A DNA stretch of 63,018 bases, counting the filler, from Bigelowiella natans CCMP2755 (Eukaryota > Protista > Cercozoa): the NCBI GenBank assembly GCA_000320545.1. It is 13 parts of 13 records of this genome, joined end to end, with 100 filler letters (N's around TTAATTAATTAA, not from the genome) between each part and the next. Parts side by side here need not be neighbours in the genome. Positions count along the whole stretch, not along the records: positions 28,217 to 38,535 come from ADNK01001749.1; positions 38,636 to 42,465 come from ADNK01002672.1; positions 42,566 to 44,656 come from ADNK01001879.1; positions 44,757 to 56,382 come from ADNK01002437.1; 9 more parts are not named here. One strand, written 5' to 3'. Every line of letters begins with the position of its first letter. Positions within the stretch are counted from its first letter, which is position 1. The notes under the pieces were generated by a model. The model ran no database searches. It was not told the DNA's origin and saw only the letters and a list, made by a program, of their open reading frames with translations. Position numbers and translations under genes: made by a program. Of the stretch, positions 37,908-50,138 are shown piece by piece.

Positions 37908-38535
37908 GGGTGGGTTGGCAAGCTTGCAGGAACTTGCGCGCCTTGACTATGGCGCCGAATTCATCGAAATCCAACTGCGACTATACTCGGTAACAAGCTT
38001 ACGATTCGCCTTTTTGGGCAGGAAGGACATGAATCACGCGAAACCATCGATGGACGAAGGCTCGAGCTCCAAACGCCAGAAAACAACTAGTACGTCGTTC
38101 CATGACGAGGACAAGGAGGTATGGGGCGAATGGGGTAGCATGGCAGCAGGATACGCCTACCCAGGAGCGAGTCAGATCTAACTTCATCTCCTCCTTGCTC
38201 CCCATGCCCTTGTTAGACCTGGGTGCTGGGCGTCCACACCCTCATGCCGTACCTTCAAAAAAAGCCAGAGGCATACAAAGGGACGATCCTCGAGGACTCC
38301 AAAGGTAGCTGCTTAAACGATCGACGAACTGTAACAGCACACGCATACATTCCTCCTCCTACTGCCTCAAAGACAAGCACAACTGAAACGACGTCCAACG
38401 CACTTAACAGCCGATATCCACTGAATTGCGGAGTAATATTCACAAAACCCCTCCTTCCTCCCCCCCCCCTCCCCCCCCCCTTCTAGGTATGCTTCCTCCG
38501 TACTGCATCTGCATGGGGGATACCCGTCGCGTGCG
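37908..38535 (+). CDS. 5' exons of an unidentified gene, weak resemblance to aprataxin/Hnt3 N-terminus; truncated by linker
   Basis: Exons ..SSSKRQKTTSTSFHDEDKE / TWVLGVHTLMPYLQKKPEAYKGTILEDSK; no HIT motif visible. Confidence 0.25.
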
Positions 38536-38851
38536 NNNNNNNNNNNNNNNNNNNNNNNNNNNNNNNNNNNNNNNNNNNNTTAATTAATTAANNNNNNNNN
38601 NNNNNNNNNNNNNNNNNNNNNNNNNNNNNNNNNNNTTCCTCATATTTTTCCCGTTGCTTTTTTTGTTAGAAGAAGGAAAATCTCGAGGTTAGTCGTATGG
38701 TAAGTATGGCGGGGAAACCAACAGGGGTTCTGTCTGATTATTCATCCTTATTTTTTTTTCTCAAGCATCTGCATGTATGTTCCATAGCAATCCTCACGTT
38801 ATGCCCGTCGCCTGTGTAGTCGCAAGTATAGAAGCACCATCAGAACGAAGA

Positions 38852-38902
<51 letters not shown>

Positions 38903-39099
38903 ACATATCATATCATACCAGAGCCAGGAAGGAAGGGAACGCCATGTGTGCGGCTTGTATCAACTGCAAAACTTGATATCAGACTCATACTTTTGTTTTT
39001 TGGAGGGGGGGGGGGAAGTATGTGCATTTGTTCGGTCGCAATGCGAAACACAAGGATCGTGCGGAGGATGGGTTGGGGTGAGAGGGCCGTCATCATTAG

Positions 39100-39513
39100 C
39101 ATTGACATACGGCGAGGTCAGTGCTAGAATCTTCAGGGATGGAGTAGAAGTCAGTGAGGCTTTTCATCACTGAGGCCTGTGTAAATGAGGTAAGATCAGA
39201 ATGAGGGAGGGTAAGCATTTCATCTTCGATAAAACTTTTTTCTTGTAAAATTGATTAGCGATATTTTTCAATCCTGCATCGATCTTGCTCCTTGCCCCCC
39301 CCCTCCCCCCACCGTATTCGAACCTGGACTCTGAGCGATGTTGCATTGAAGACGAGGCTGATAAATACAAATCGGTAAGAGTAATGTTATCATAAACAGG
39401 CGTTTGCCCTTCAATACCACACGAAAGCACACCAGCATACATGCACTCACACACGAATCGATTTATTCAATCATTGATTCGCAGGATTGTGTGGAAAGTA
39501 ATAGACGATAATA

Positions 39514-39554
<41 letters not shown>

Positions 39555-41466
39555 AGGTACGACATTGATACTAGGCTTCCCCCCCCCTCTCCCCCCCCCT
39601 TCTTCCCGGCGCTCAGTTTGCAATGACCGTTCATACACCGCGATACTCACAGACATAAGATGATTAGAAACTTACAACAACTTCTCTTCATCACACTCAT
39701 TTATAGTTTCCTTTCAATGCAGCAAACTACCAGTCGGGGCTGGTAATGAACTTCAGTACTCTGCAGACATTGTACATATCGCGCGCGCGCGCGCGCGCAC
39801 ACACACAGAGAAAGAGAAAGAGAGAGAGAGAGAGAAAGAGAGAGTGAGAGAAAGAGAAAGCAATACACGTGAAGTTAGACTTTCACGAAACGAATGGCAC
39901 GAACATGCATGTTCCTGTGCAGATACTAACAACTCACCATTTACACACATAACTGCTACAGCATAATGAGCTCTTCTAAGATCCGCAATATTCAGTCATC
40001 ATCATCGTCATCATCATTATAATAACAATCATCATCGCCTTAGCCAGCTCTCAACTCCTACAACCTGTTCTTCACGTTGTTTGGACTCTGCCCCCCTCCC
40101 TGTCTCGAGCCTCCTGGAAGAGAAGGAAGAAGCAAGCAGAGAGGTGAAACAACCGGTGACGGCAAAGATGATGATATCGATCATAACGATGAAGGTGATG
40201 ATAAGACCGGCGACATATGCACGATAGTTGATGCAGCAACATGGATGCTGATGAGTTGTTGTATTCGCTTTTATGCGCATTGTGATTCGAGGTACTACGT
40301 GAGCTTTTGGCCGACTGTTTTCCCAATATTGCATCTGAGAGGGCGCTGAAACCCTGGAATCTCGCCCCACGCTATTCGATGTGGATATGGCAAAGTGTGC
40401 GTTGATTGATAATGGAGAGTAATGGAGTTGTGGGGGGGGGGATCTCGGCCAGGGAGAATTCAATAAGCAGCTGTATCATCATTCGTTGTTCGTCATCATC
40501 ATTTTGCATTCGAGAAGGACAGCTATGATTGCTTATTAAATAATATCGTTTGTCTGGGCGTTGCTTCTCACTCCTTAGTACCTTTACCAGCTCCTGCATC
40601 TTCTCCAACACCTAGTATTAGGTTGATAGTAAATCAAACATAGTCGCTGGAATATATTTGCTTCTACCCCCCCCCCACCCCCCCGCCCTCATCATCTTGC
40701 TTTATCGTTTAGAGCATCTGAATACCGCCATACCTGTTGCGCCGAGAGACCGTGTTGGAACAGCTCTCGAAAGTCGCGCATGTGGACGGTAAATGCCCTG
40801 GCAATAACGTGAATCAAAGGGAGACTTAAAGGCGCACCCCCCGTGCTTGTGTAGGTGTTTCATGGCAGTATTTCCTTCGGTGTATGTTGCGGATATGTGT
40901 TTCAATGCCCCCTTGTCCAAACATTGTAAATCCATTGCCTCCGTAACTGGTCTCAATTCATCATATGTTTTAAAGAGAGAGATTGGCGGGTGCGTGCGCA
41001 TTATTTTGTAGGGCTGGGTTCTACGTGCTTTCTACTGTGTATATCACCATCATCATCATCAACAACAACAACAATAACAACGCTGCCGTGGCACTCACCC
41101 CCCTGCTAACAGCTGGGTAACGAGATTCATGCATTGGTTTTTTGCGTTGTATTCCTTCTCCGAATCCTGATAAAAGGAAAAAAAGGGGGGGGGGGGGGGG
41201 GATTGGTTTGTGTACGCTGGAGATGGGTATGCGTGTGTGACATTCCACATGCTAGAAAGGATTCTATTCATGAGGCGCAGTTTCGGAGATTACTCTCTCC
41301 TGCGATCACAATGATAGCGATGAAAGCAATAATAAGCAACAACTCTCTGACGATGAGCTAGAGCATAATCACATGGTGCAATAGCACTGATTCTTGCAGC
41401 ATCGAACCCCAAACGAATATGATTTTCCGAAAGGAAAAATTAAATGCTTGCCCCTCTCTCTCTCTT

Positions 41467-41506
<40 letters not shown>

Positions 41507-41793
41507 AAAAGATTTCAGCAATGGACTCATCGACCGGGGTTATCTCTTAGAAATACTCTATCAAAATCGCATGGATTTTGAGGAGATATATATTCAAGGG
41601 ACATATGCAAGTAATTATGGTTTTATGTGATTCTTCATTAGCCATGAGAGCTGCTGCCTACCGCCTGCACGCAACCCGAGAGATACGCAATGGTGCTTTC
41701 CACGTCGTTGGTCCAAGACTGGTAGCAATTAGTAGCGAAGTGTGTGTTAGTAGTAGCGCCGACAACATGACCGTAGTCCTCTTTAATAATAGT

Positions 41794-41836
<43 letters not shown>

Positions 41837-42440
41837 ATTTATACTTATTCATCATATTTATACAACATCGTAAATTTTGGTAATTTCTCCCATGAATAAA
41901 AGGCTGAGCATGCCATAAGAGATCCCAGTCAAGAATACATTGATAACATGGCGATGTTCTTTGGAGGGGGGGGAAAAAACGTGCCCTCCATCCATCGACC
42001 AATCGATGATAGCTACAACGACAAGGATTTACCCCCGGACTATGCTTTAGATACGTCGAGGTCAGCTTTCCAGAAAGGGAACGATTGAAGATTTTGTTCA
42101 TATCTTGAGAGTTGATTTTCCATTCCTTTTCATAGTAGTAGTAGTGGTAGTTGTAGTTGTGGTGATGATGATAATGATGATGATAACGAAGTGATTGTTG
42201 GGGGAGAAAGAAGGGGGGGGGGGGGGGGGGGGGATGATCATCAATGTGCAGCATATCTGAATACATCATATAAAACCAGCTGCCCTCGTGATGCTTTCAC
42301 CGGAGGAAGTATAGGCAGCAATCGGCACACATCTCCACTGCAAACCACCTTCTCAGAGATAAAGACTTCAGCGACAGCTTTCTTCTCCAGCTCCCATTCG
42401 TCGTGGACCTCTACGACAGATGAATACATCCAATACATTG
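39100..42440 (-). CDS. Unidentified multi-exon gene fragment
   Basis: Several AG..GT bounded coding-like stretches (VLEKMQELVKVLRSEKQRPDKRYYLI.., GQTPVYDNITLTDLYL.., ASVMKSLTDFYSIPED..) between microsatellite introns. Confidence 0.35.
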
Positions 42441-43064
42441 CAACGATGAGGCCTCGAAATCCGGTNNNNNNNNNNNNNNNNNNNNNNNNNNNNNNNNNNN
42501 NNNNNNNNNTTAATTAATTAANNNNNNNNNNNNNNNNNNNNNNNNNNNNNNNNNNNNNNNNNNNNCTGATCCATCTCAGTCTAAGTCTGAAAATGAGTGA
42601 TAGTTGATGTGAAAGCCTCTCGGTGAGGACAACAGCAATAGCCGACAAAATGAGACAAAATACGCCAAATCGCAGGCAGTAAATGATTAGCACCGGGTAC
42701 TACCGGTGCGTCCGAGGAGGCAGAATTTCGATGGGAAGCTCGCCCCCTGCCTGGCGAGGCTGGGATTGCCTTACAAGGTAGCGCATTGAGGTGGCGTATG
42801 AAATCTCGCTGTTAAAGGGACTAGGGTGTTTAGTGAATTCCACAAGCAACGGGGGTTGGGGGGGGGGGGGGGGTGCGATGCTGTGCCCATGATATGGATT
42901 AAATCGAATACGTACATGCCGCATCCACTCACATCACGCACTCTCCACGCTGCTGACGCTGCTGCTGCTGCTGCTTTCGATGATTTGGACATGAGCACCT
43001 TTGCGTTCTGCGTAAACAAAGATGTCACCCTCCGTCCCCCCCTCCCCCCTTGCTCCCCGCGCAG

Positions 43065-43112
43065 ATCGCCATTTTGGGCCTTCTACAACGAGACGGGCTA
43101 CCACTCTCCTGT

Positions 43113-43146
<34 letters not shown>

Positions 43147-43598
43147 TATTGTACAATATGATTTCCCCTTCTCTTCTTCATCGATCACGTGGCCCTTATC
43201 ATAATCATTGCAGCCGTTCTTGGGTTCTTAAGCGTTCCTTCCTCGATATCTTGTTTGTTGTTGTTGTTGTTGTCGTCGTAGGGCGTGCTGCTTAACATGA
43301 TCAACAATGCGGTCGGAAGAAATTATACTGGGTCTACCAGCTTTAACATCATGGTAATACAGAGGAATGGGGAGGAGGCTCTCCCCCCCCCCTCCCCCGC
43401 TCCAAATTTACAGTACCATGTAGTTGTGTGAGGATATATCTGATCGATAGTGATCATTCTTCCATTGCTGCTGTTGTTGTTGTTGTTGCTGTTGTTGTTG
43501 TCAGACCCAAAACGATCCGCTGCCTTTAACGGACAATGAAAAGGTTTTGGATTCGCAATTATTTTTGCCATCTACATATACGATTATACGCACACACA

Positions 43599-43638
<40 letters not shown>

Positions 43639-44076
43639 TTCCTCGCTACATAACGGCCCTCTGTGCACCCCATCTCACCGTCTCGCTATATTTAGTTAGT
43701 GTGCGCTTGCATCAGTTGTCTTCTCGTGTACTGACTGACAGTTGCTTTGCTAACTTTGCGTATTACATCGGAAAACCAGCTCCTCTCAGCCAATATCGTC
43801 GGTAAGTGATCGTTAACTCAGCCATAATCGGATTGAGTGAGTCAGAAACGAAAAAGGCGGAGTTATCATCATTTCTACACCATCATCATCATCATCATCA
43901 TCATCAACCACCACCACCGAATCAATGATCCAGAACCTAATCGCGCTGCTCGTTAGAAGCTCACACTGTGCTCTCTTTTCCACTGGCGGAATGACCCCCA
44001 CCACCATAACCAATAGGCCTTTGCATCTCCATCGGATTCTCGATGATTCCGGCCTTCTTCGTCTACTTCATCGTAA

Positions 44077-44078
<2 letters not shown>
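43065..44078 (+). CDS. ABCA-subfamily ABC transporter, fragment of second transmembrane half
   Basis: Exons WAFYNETGYHSP / GVLLNMINNAVGRNYTGSTSFNIM / TQNDPLPLTDNEK / .. / GLCISIGFSMIPAFFVYFIVT match the ABCA FN..GYHS..LN..NNA..NHPLP..S.IPA.FV.F.V pattern. Confidence 0.7.
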
Positions 44079-44117
<39 letters not shown>

Positions 44118-44415
44118 GCACGCATGTGTGTGTGTGTGTGTGTGTCAAGGAATGATGCAACAATACGTTGTCGGTCCTGCTTGCTGCTATGCGGTGACGC
44201 CGTTTGGGCGAATCATCACTGGCGATGATTGATGTGCTACCTTTCTCGCTCTATCTTTATATTTTTACATTGATTTTTCTTCTTCTTCTTCTTCTTCTTC
44301 TCTGCCCTTTTTTCTGTTAGGTTTAACTCTCCAAATTATATTCCCGTCAATGGCATTGCGTAATAGCAAATAACAACCCTTTTACATCTCGTCTCTCTGT
44401 ATCTCCTCACTCCCT

Positions 44416-44457
<42 letters not shown>

Positions 44458-44756
44458 GTGTATTCTCTCTCCCCCTGTCTCTCTCCCTACGTCTCTGTCA
44501 TTTATGATGATTTTTCCCATCTATTCCAACTGCTGATGCGGCTGCGTCTGTTGCACTGAACACAAAGATGGGGGTACCTGGCAGTCACTGATTTGATGGC
44601 TCATCAGCGCACTTTCAATAACGCTAGCTCGACAATCTGTCCCGATGGGTATGAGANNNNNNNNNNNNNNNNNNNNNNNNNNNNNNNNNNNNNNNNNNNN
44701 TTAATTAATTAANNNNNNNNNNNNNNNNNNNNNNNNNNNNNNNNNNNNNNNNNNNN

Positions 44757-47700
44757 AAGCCAATGGTAGTTGTATATACGATTATCATGGATGATCCACA
44801 TACACAAACACAAACACCCACAACACAGACGCCATCCCATCATGTGTGTATGCCCTGTAGTTCTGACTACTGAACGCATCCCCTGATATGCTTAGGCCGT
44901 AAGGGAATACGACGAAGTGCCACTTCCTGTGCCTGCTGGAGAACGCGGTAATGGGGCGGGAGGTTTTGTGGATGGGTGTCTGCATGTATGATTCATTTTT
45001 ATCTAGGGAAGAGTAGTATTTGTATCCTATGACGTGTTCAATAACGTCATCTATCCTTGGTGTAGGTGTCTGGATCCTCTTTATTACTCGGTTGTGGCGG
45101 ATGAAGTTGTGCGCCAGGCGGAAGAAAGGGTAAGTAGGTTTCTTAGCTAGCACATGTCTCACGTTCCATGGTGAGTTGCTTGGCTCTATCTTCCCTTCCT
45201 TTGCCCATTCATTGATCTGCCACTCTATCTTTTCCCAGTCCGCTTCCGGTCGCCTATGTTCTGGGTCATTGATGATGCACTCTTCGTATCCCTTCTTTAG
45301 CTCGATCTTTACTGGGGTAAGCTTGCTGGAGGGCTTCGTCGTCGGCTTGGTGATGTCAGAGTACTTCTCGTTTAATATTTTATTAATGTACTTTTTGCCT
45401 TTGTCGATATCCCAATCATCAGCTGGGGGGGTCTTGTCCAGTAGCTCCGTTATCTGTCGGATGGTCTTGCCGGGGTTCTTCTTCCGTAGCTCGGTAGGTG
45501 TAGGTAGCTTGTTGTCCGCTAGGTCCATAAACTCTAACGCATTAACGCTTGACTCAGAGGTCCACTCGTCAAGCCGTATCATGTTCTGGCTGATGGTCCT
45601 GCCTGACTTCTTTGGCAACTTAGCAAAGTATATCTTGTGATTGTAGAATGATATGATCCCCCCTAATTTTTCTAGGGCATCCTGTCCGAGGAGTAGTTCC
45701 ATGGATAAAGTCATGGCTACTCGGGTCTTGATTTGGGTCTCCGCGTCGCTGCCAGGTATCTGTAGCTTTAGCATTAGCTCACCGACGGTCTTCATGGAAG
45801 AGCTTCCGTCTGCTTGAGCATATTTACGTTCTTTCTTAGTCACTTGATCCAATAGTCCTAACCTTCTTACTGTGCTTAGGCTTATGAAGGACTTCGGCAT
45901 GCTGCCACTATCCCAAAGGGCAGGTAGTTTCTTGTAGTCTCCGTAGCTGTCTTTAACTTTAACCTTGGTCATAGCAACTTTGATAGTCCTGTTAGCGTCT
46001 TCGTCATTAATGTTGCATACTCCTAAGTTCTTTATGTCGTCTAGGGTCATGGGCTTGTCTTGGTCCTGCGTTGCTGGTACTGCTGTCTTCGTCGGCGCCT
46101 GCTTAAGGTGATCTAATATTCCGTTTATCTGCTGCTGTATAGCATTGATACTGTTCTGCTTTTTGTTCTTATATTTATTGTTCTTCCCGTTGTTGCTGCC
46201 TTGCCATTTGCTGTTGTTATATCCTTGTCCTCTGCCTTTCTTTCTCTTTAACTTCTCGTAGTGTTCGTTGAGCTGCCTGATCGTCATCCTGGGTCGTCCT
46301 TCTTTCCTGTCTCTGCAGTCTTTAGCGGTGTGTTTCCCTTTACGTGAGCAGTATCCGCAACGTCGGTTACCTTCCCTGTCCTTGTACCAGTCTCGCTGCG
46401 GCTTAATAGCGTTAATGTTTCCTATGCCAGGTACCTTAGGGCTGGTAAACTTGCGGTCCTGCTCCTGCTCGCGTAGGGATATAGCCTGCACTGCTGCCTC
46501 CATCGTGGTGTAGCCTTTCTCCGTAACGTAAGTGGATTCCTTTATCTTTAACTTGAACTCTTCAAACCTTGCCTGATCATCACCTGTGTTGTAATTAAAA
46601 TCATGTAGTTCGTCGATCATATCCTGGAAGCGCGTGGCAAAGTCTCTAACAGGTTCTCTCTCATGCTGCATCATTGCTCTGTATTTTCTAATAGCCTGGG
46701 GTAGGGAGTTAGCATCCTGTTCATTTACAAAAGCCTTCATTATCGCCTCAACGTCTCGTAGCCCACTAACTGTAGTGTGTATTTTCTCTAGCTGCCTGAT
46801 CCGGGTCCTGCCTGTCTCGTAAAGGTCCATGGCTTGCTTTATTATAGCTAGCCATTTGAGCTTGTCGTTTTCGGTGGGGTTAGGGGTAAAGTCGCAGAGT
46901 ATACTCCTAGCGTTCTTCCACCACCTCCTTGCCTCACCTCTTTTCCCGTTGTATTTCGTTATCATAACCGGTGCTGTTTTAACAGACATGAACTGGGTGT
47001 TCCGCTGTACCGGCTGCTGCTGCTTGACGGTGCTCTGGGTCGTCCCCCGCGAGGCGCCCAGACCCCCGTCGTTCCTAAACAAAGCTGCCCACTCTGGAGG
47101 TAAGTCTGCTTCGTAATCCATGATGTCCTGCATGATAGCTGCCCAAACATCATGTGTCTGATACTTGTATTCTATCGATACTTTCAGTTTGGCGTAGTTG
47201 CTCGCCCTGGGTCGCAAGGCTCGTAATGCCATTACGACCTTCTTGCTTTCGGCGGCCACGTCCTCGTCGTCCGCCTCGTAGAAGTTCTCCAGTGCCTCTG
47301 CTGCTGCATCTGCTTTCTTAATCCCGGGTGCTGGTCCCGGCGGTGCCTGTGGAGGTGTTCCTCCTCCTTCCTTAGCGTCCGTATCGCCCTTCCTTTCCTG
47401 TTTCTGCTCGTGCCCTTGCACGGCCTGCGAGCCAAAGTCCTGCTGTTCTTCTAGCTGCTGTGACATTGTTAGTCAAATCGTTTCCCGTGTGTGGAAGCCA
47501 AAGGTTGTTGCGCGTAAGGTGTTCACAGGCCGAGGCGCTACGTGCACAAGTAGGCAGGGGGGGGGAAAGGCACGTTTGCTTCCTTTTGAAGAGTTGTGTT
47601 TATTTTTATTAAAGATTATATTTTTATTAAATCGTGCACTGCGTAATCATTCGCGAAGCTTTCGCGAATGCCGCCGCACGTGGGGCAGCACACTTCCGGT

Positions 47701-47831
47701 GTGCTGCCATGAGTCCCGCCGGAACCCACGTGCCTATGCTGTATTAATATCTACGTTATCTATATTCTATATCCGCGACAACCCCTTTGTTGTCGCACGT
47801 GACTTGTGCCCGCGTAGTGGTACGCGCTACA
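44757..47831 (-). mobile_element. Ty3/gypsy LTR retrotransposon, young family, copy 2 (5' LTR, PBS, gag-pro-RT; truncated by linker)
   Basis: LTR 47506-47831 (326 bp, identical to copy 1), PBS-like tract starting at 47500, single ORF 47466-44785. Confidence 0.96.
44785..47466 (-). CDS. gag-pol: Gag-protease-reverse transcriptase polyprotein (partial)
   Basis: Zinc knuckle, aspartic protease ALWDSGS..ELLLGQDAL, gypsy-type RT (IEPSNSPW, YSSLD, TAF, FPYGL, YVD at the contig edge). Confidence 0.95.
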   Translation of the reverse strand: MSQQLEEQQDFGSQAVQGHEQKQERKGDTDAKEGGGTPPQAPPGPAPGIKKADAAAEALENFYEADDEDVAAESKKVVMALRALRPRASNYAKLKVSIEYKYQTHDVWAAIMQDIMDYEADLPPEWAALFRNDGGLGASRGTTQSTVKQQQPVQRNTQFMSVKTAPVMITKYNGKRGEARRWWKNARSILCDFTPNPTENDKLKWLAIIKQAMDLYETGRTRIRQLEKIHTTVSGLRDVEAIMKAFVNEQDANSLPQAIRKYRAMMQHEREPVRDFATRFQDMIDELHDFNYNTGDDQARFEEFKLKIKESTYVTEKGYTTMEAAVQAISLREQEQDRKFTSPKVPGIGNINAIKPQRDWYKDREGNRRCGYCSRKGKHTAKDCRDRKEGRPRMTIRQLNEHYEKLKRKKGRGQGYNNSKWQGSNNGKNNKYKNKKQNSINAIQQQINGILDHLKQAPTKTAVPATQDQDKPMTLDDIKNLGVCNINDEDANRTIKVAMTKVKVKDSYGDYKKLPALWDSGSMPKSFISLSTVRRLGLLDQVTKKERKYAQADGSSSMKTVGELMLKLQIPGSDAETQIKTRVAMTLSMELLLGQDALEKLGGIISFYNHKIYFAKLPKKSGRTISQNMIRLDEWTSESSVNALEFMDLADNKLPTPTELRKKNPGKTIRQITELLDKTPPADDWDIDKGKKYINKILNEKYSDITKPTTKPSSKLTPVKIELKKGYEECIINDPEHRRPEADWEKIEWQINEWAKEGKIEPSNSPWNVRHVLAKKPTYPFFRLAHNFIRHNRVIKRIQTPTPRIDDVIEHVIGYKYYSSLDKNESYMQTPIHKTSRPITAFSSRHRKWHFVVFPYGLSISGDAFSSQNYRAYTHDGMASVLWVFVFVYVDHP

Positions 47832-48000
47832 TTTTTGCGTGTGTTGAGGCACTGCTGCACGTTCATGCACGTTTTCCACGTGCTAGCGCAGCTCTTGCTC
47901 ATGTGGCTTTGCATCGATTCTTTGTTCATTGCTTGTTGTTCATTGCTTGTTGTTCGTTGCTTGTTGTTCGTGCTTGCGTGCTTGCTTGTTGTTCACTTGT

Positions 48001-50138
48001 TGTTGCGCGCAGCGTGCTTGGAATGCAAGCAAGCTTGGGCAAATGAACAGTTGAGAAGTTGAATTCTAGTTGATCAATTTCAGTCAAATGTTCGATCACA
48101 TTCATCACATGATTGATTGACTGATTGATTGACAGGCCTTCTTGGTGAAGGTCTGCTTGTCAACTGTCGTCAGATGTTTTGGGGGTGCGACAACCCCCTG
48201 TCTTGTCGCAGGTGACTTTCGGGCAATCACCTTGCGCGCCACACCTCCCCCAAGTCACCGAGTGTTTCCGTGGCTGCTCTAGCTGCTCTGCATTCTTGAC
48301 CTCCGGTGTTTTCCTTGCCGATTCCGGAACTTCGCGAGCCAACAGGTGACACTTCCTTCTCTGATGTTGTTTCTTTTTCCATCGAGCTGCCACATTCCCT
48401 CGTGTTTGGCAGGCCCGTGCCTGTGCCATCCTTCGGTGTCGACGTCGCCGAGGACACATCGCTTGCGAGCTCTGGTGCAAGCAGGTGAACTTTTCATGTC
48501 CCCCACCATCCCCAGTTCCTTTCCATTTTTTCATTTCCGCCATTGCCATTGTTGTTCGTCTCACCTCCCCCAGATGAAAAAATGCATTCGAGGCGTCCCC
48601 TGATTTGCCGCACTGTCATGCTGGGGCAATTTGCAACGTCTTGCGGGAGGCAGAAAGGGATCCTGCTTGATGCAATTGACGTTGCACTTTGAAACAGACA
48701 CGTGCAACATTGACCTTGTGCCAAGTGTTGTTGTTGGGTTGTGTTGCGTTGGGTTTGCTGGGGTTTTCAAAGTGGTCCGCTTTTGATTCTTGCAAGTGGC
48801 TGAGGTTTCTGCATGAATCCCATCATCATTCCTGTTCAATCATTGCACATTTTTCTTTGACTTTTGTTTGCGATTTGAGACGCTTTGTGGACATGCTTTT
48901 TGCTTTCTGCTGTTGTGTCCGTTTTCTTCATCCCGGGTGTTGGTCCCGGATGCTGACGTTTTGCTGGCAGCTGCTGCGCTGGTCCCAGCTAGCCAGGTGC
49001 TGATCAGCTGGTTTTGGTTGCTGACGTTGATGTTGATGAGTGAGGTCCTTTGCAGGTGTTGCTTTTTCTTTCACGTGCTGATGAGTTTTCTGCTTTGACT
49101 CTTTCCTCGTGTTTTGCTTGCATTTCATGGCCTGCTTTGATCCCCCCCGTGAAGTTTTGGTGAATCCCCCCCATGGGGGTGCAAATTTCATTTTCATTGA
49201 TGAGAACTGCGCCTTTTTGTGCACCCCACATCGCTTCGTCTCTGGTTTCTCAATTGGGAACTGCACGTTCCTGTGGACCCTCTGGTGTTTCCTGTTCCCA
49301 TCGCTCTCAAACGACCCTGCCCATCCTTCAGGTAGCTTCAAATTCATCACGTGTTGTTTCACCATTTCCCAAGTGCATGATCGTTTGTTTGACTGATGCT
49401 GATGCTTGTGTGCCATTGCCACTTTCATCCTTGCGTGCGTTGTTGGTCGTGGTCTCAATCCTTCAAACACCTTGATCACCTTTCTTCTTTGTTCGATCAT
49501 CTCATCCTCAGTGGCCTTGCACAGATTCTGGATTGCGTCCACTGCTTTTTCTGTTGCTTTTTTCCTGGGTGCTGATCCCGGCTCTGCTGGAGGGGTTGCT
49601 GTTCTGCCCTTCCACTGCTGCATCGCATTCTTTCTTCCGGGTGCTGGTCCCGGTTTTCCCGGAGGGGTTGTTTTCCTGCCCTCCGCATTGCTGCTTTGCA
49701 GTCTTTTTTTCGGGTGCTGGTCCCGGTTTTCCCGGAGGGGTTGCCATCCTCCCTCCACCAACCGCTTGTCTCCTTTGCCATCCTTCTGTGCCTGCACGTT
49801 GCCGAGCATGTCGCTCCTTGAGATTTTTCGTCCGTTTTCCTGATGAGACATGTTTCCTGGTGCTGTTTTTTCCCGTGAGTGGAAGCCAAACGTTGTTGCG
49901 CGCAGCGTGCTTGGAATGCAAGCAAGCTTGGGCAAATGAACAGTTGAGAAGTTGAATTCTAGTTGATTGATTTCAGTTGAATGTTCGATGTTGCATTCAT
50001 CACATGATTGATTGACTGATTGATTGACAGGCCTTCTTGGTGAAGGTCTGCCTGTCAACTGTCGTCAGATGTTTTGGGGGTGCGATGACCCCCTGTCTTG
50101 TCGCAGGTGACTTTCGAGCAATCACCTTGCGCGCCACA
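48001..50138 (-). mobile_element. Older related LTR element, 2.1 kb, two LTRs, gag-only, TpA-hypermutated
   Basis: LTRs 49894-50138 (5', 245 bp) and 48001-48243 (3', 243 bp), termini TGTGGCGCGCA..TGCGCGCAACA; PBS TGGCTTCCACTCACGGGA 49888-49871; PPT GGGGGAGG next to the 3' LTR; gag ATG 49851 homologous to the young gag; no pol motifs; no clear TSD. Confidence 0.9.
49567..49745. repeat. About 72-bp tandem repeat (partial third copy) in the old gag, encoding PPGKPGPAP-like units
   Basis: GGGTGCTG(G/A)TCCCGG..GGAGGGGTTG starts at 49567, 49639 and 49712. Confidence 0.85.

Noticed and set aside
44785-44830. RT motif reading YVDHP-stop instead of YVDD
   Set aside because: Within about 40 nt of the contig end in visibly degraded sequence.
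49567-49745. CRISPR-like array
   Set aside because: It is a coding tandem repeat inside gag, with similar rather than unique spacers, in a eukaryote.
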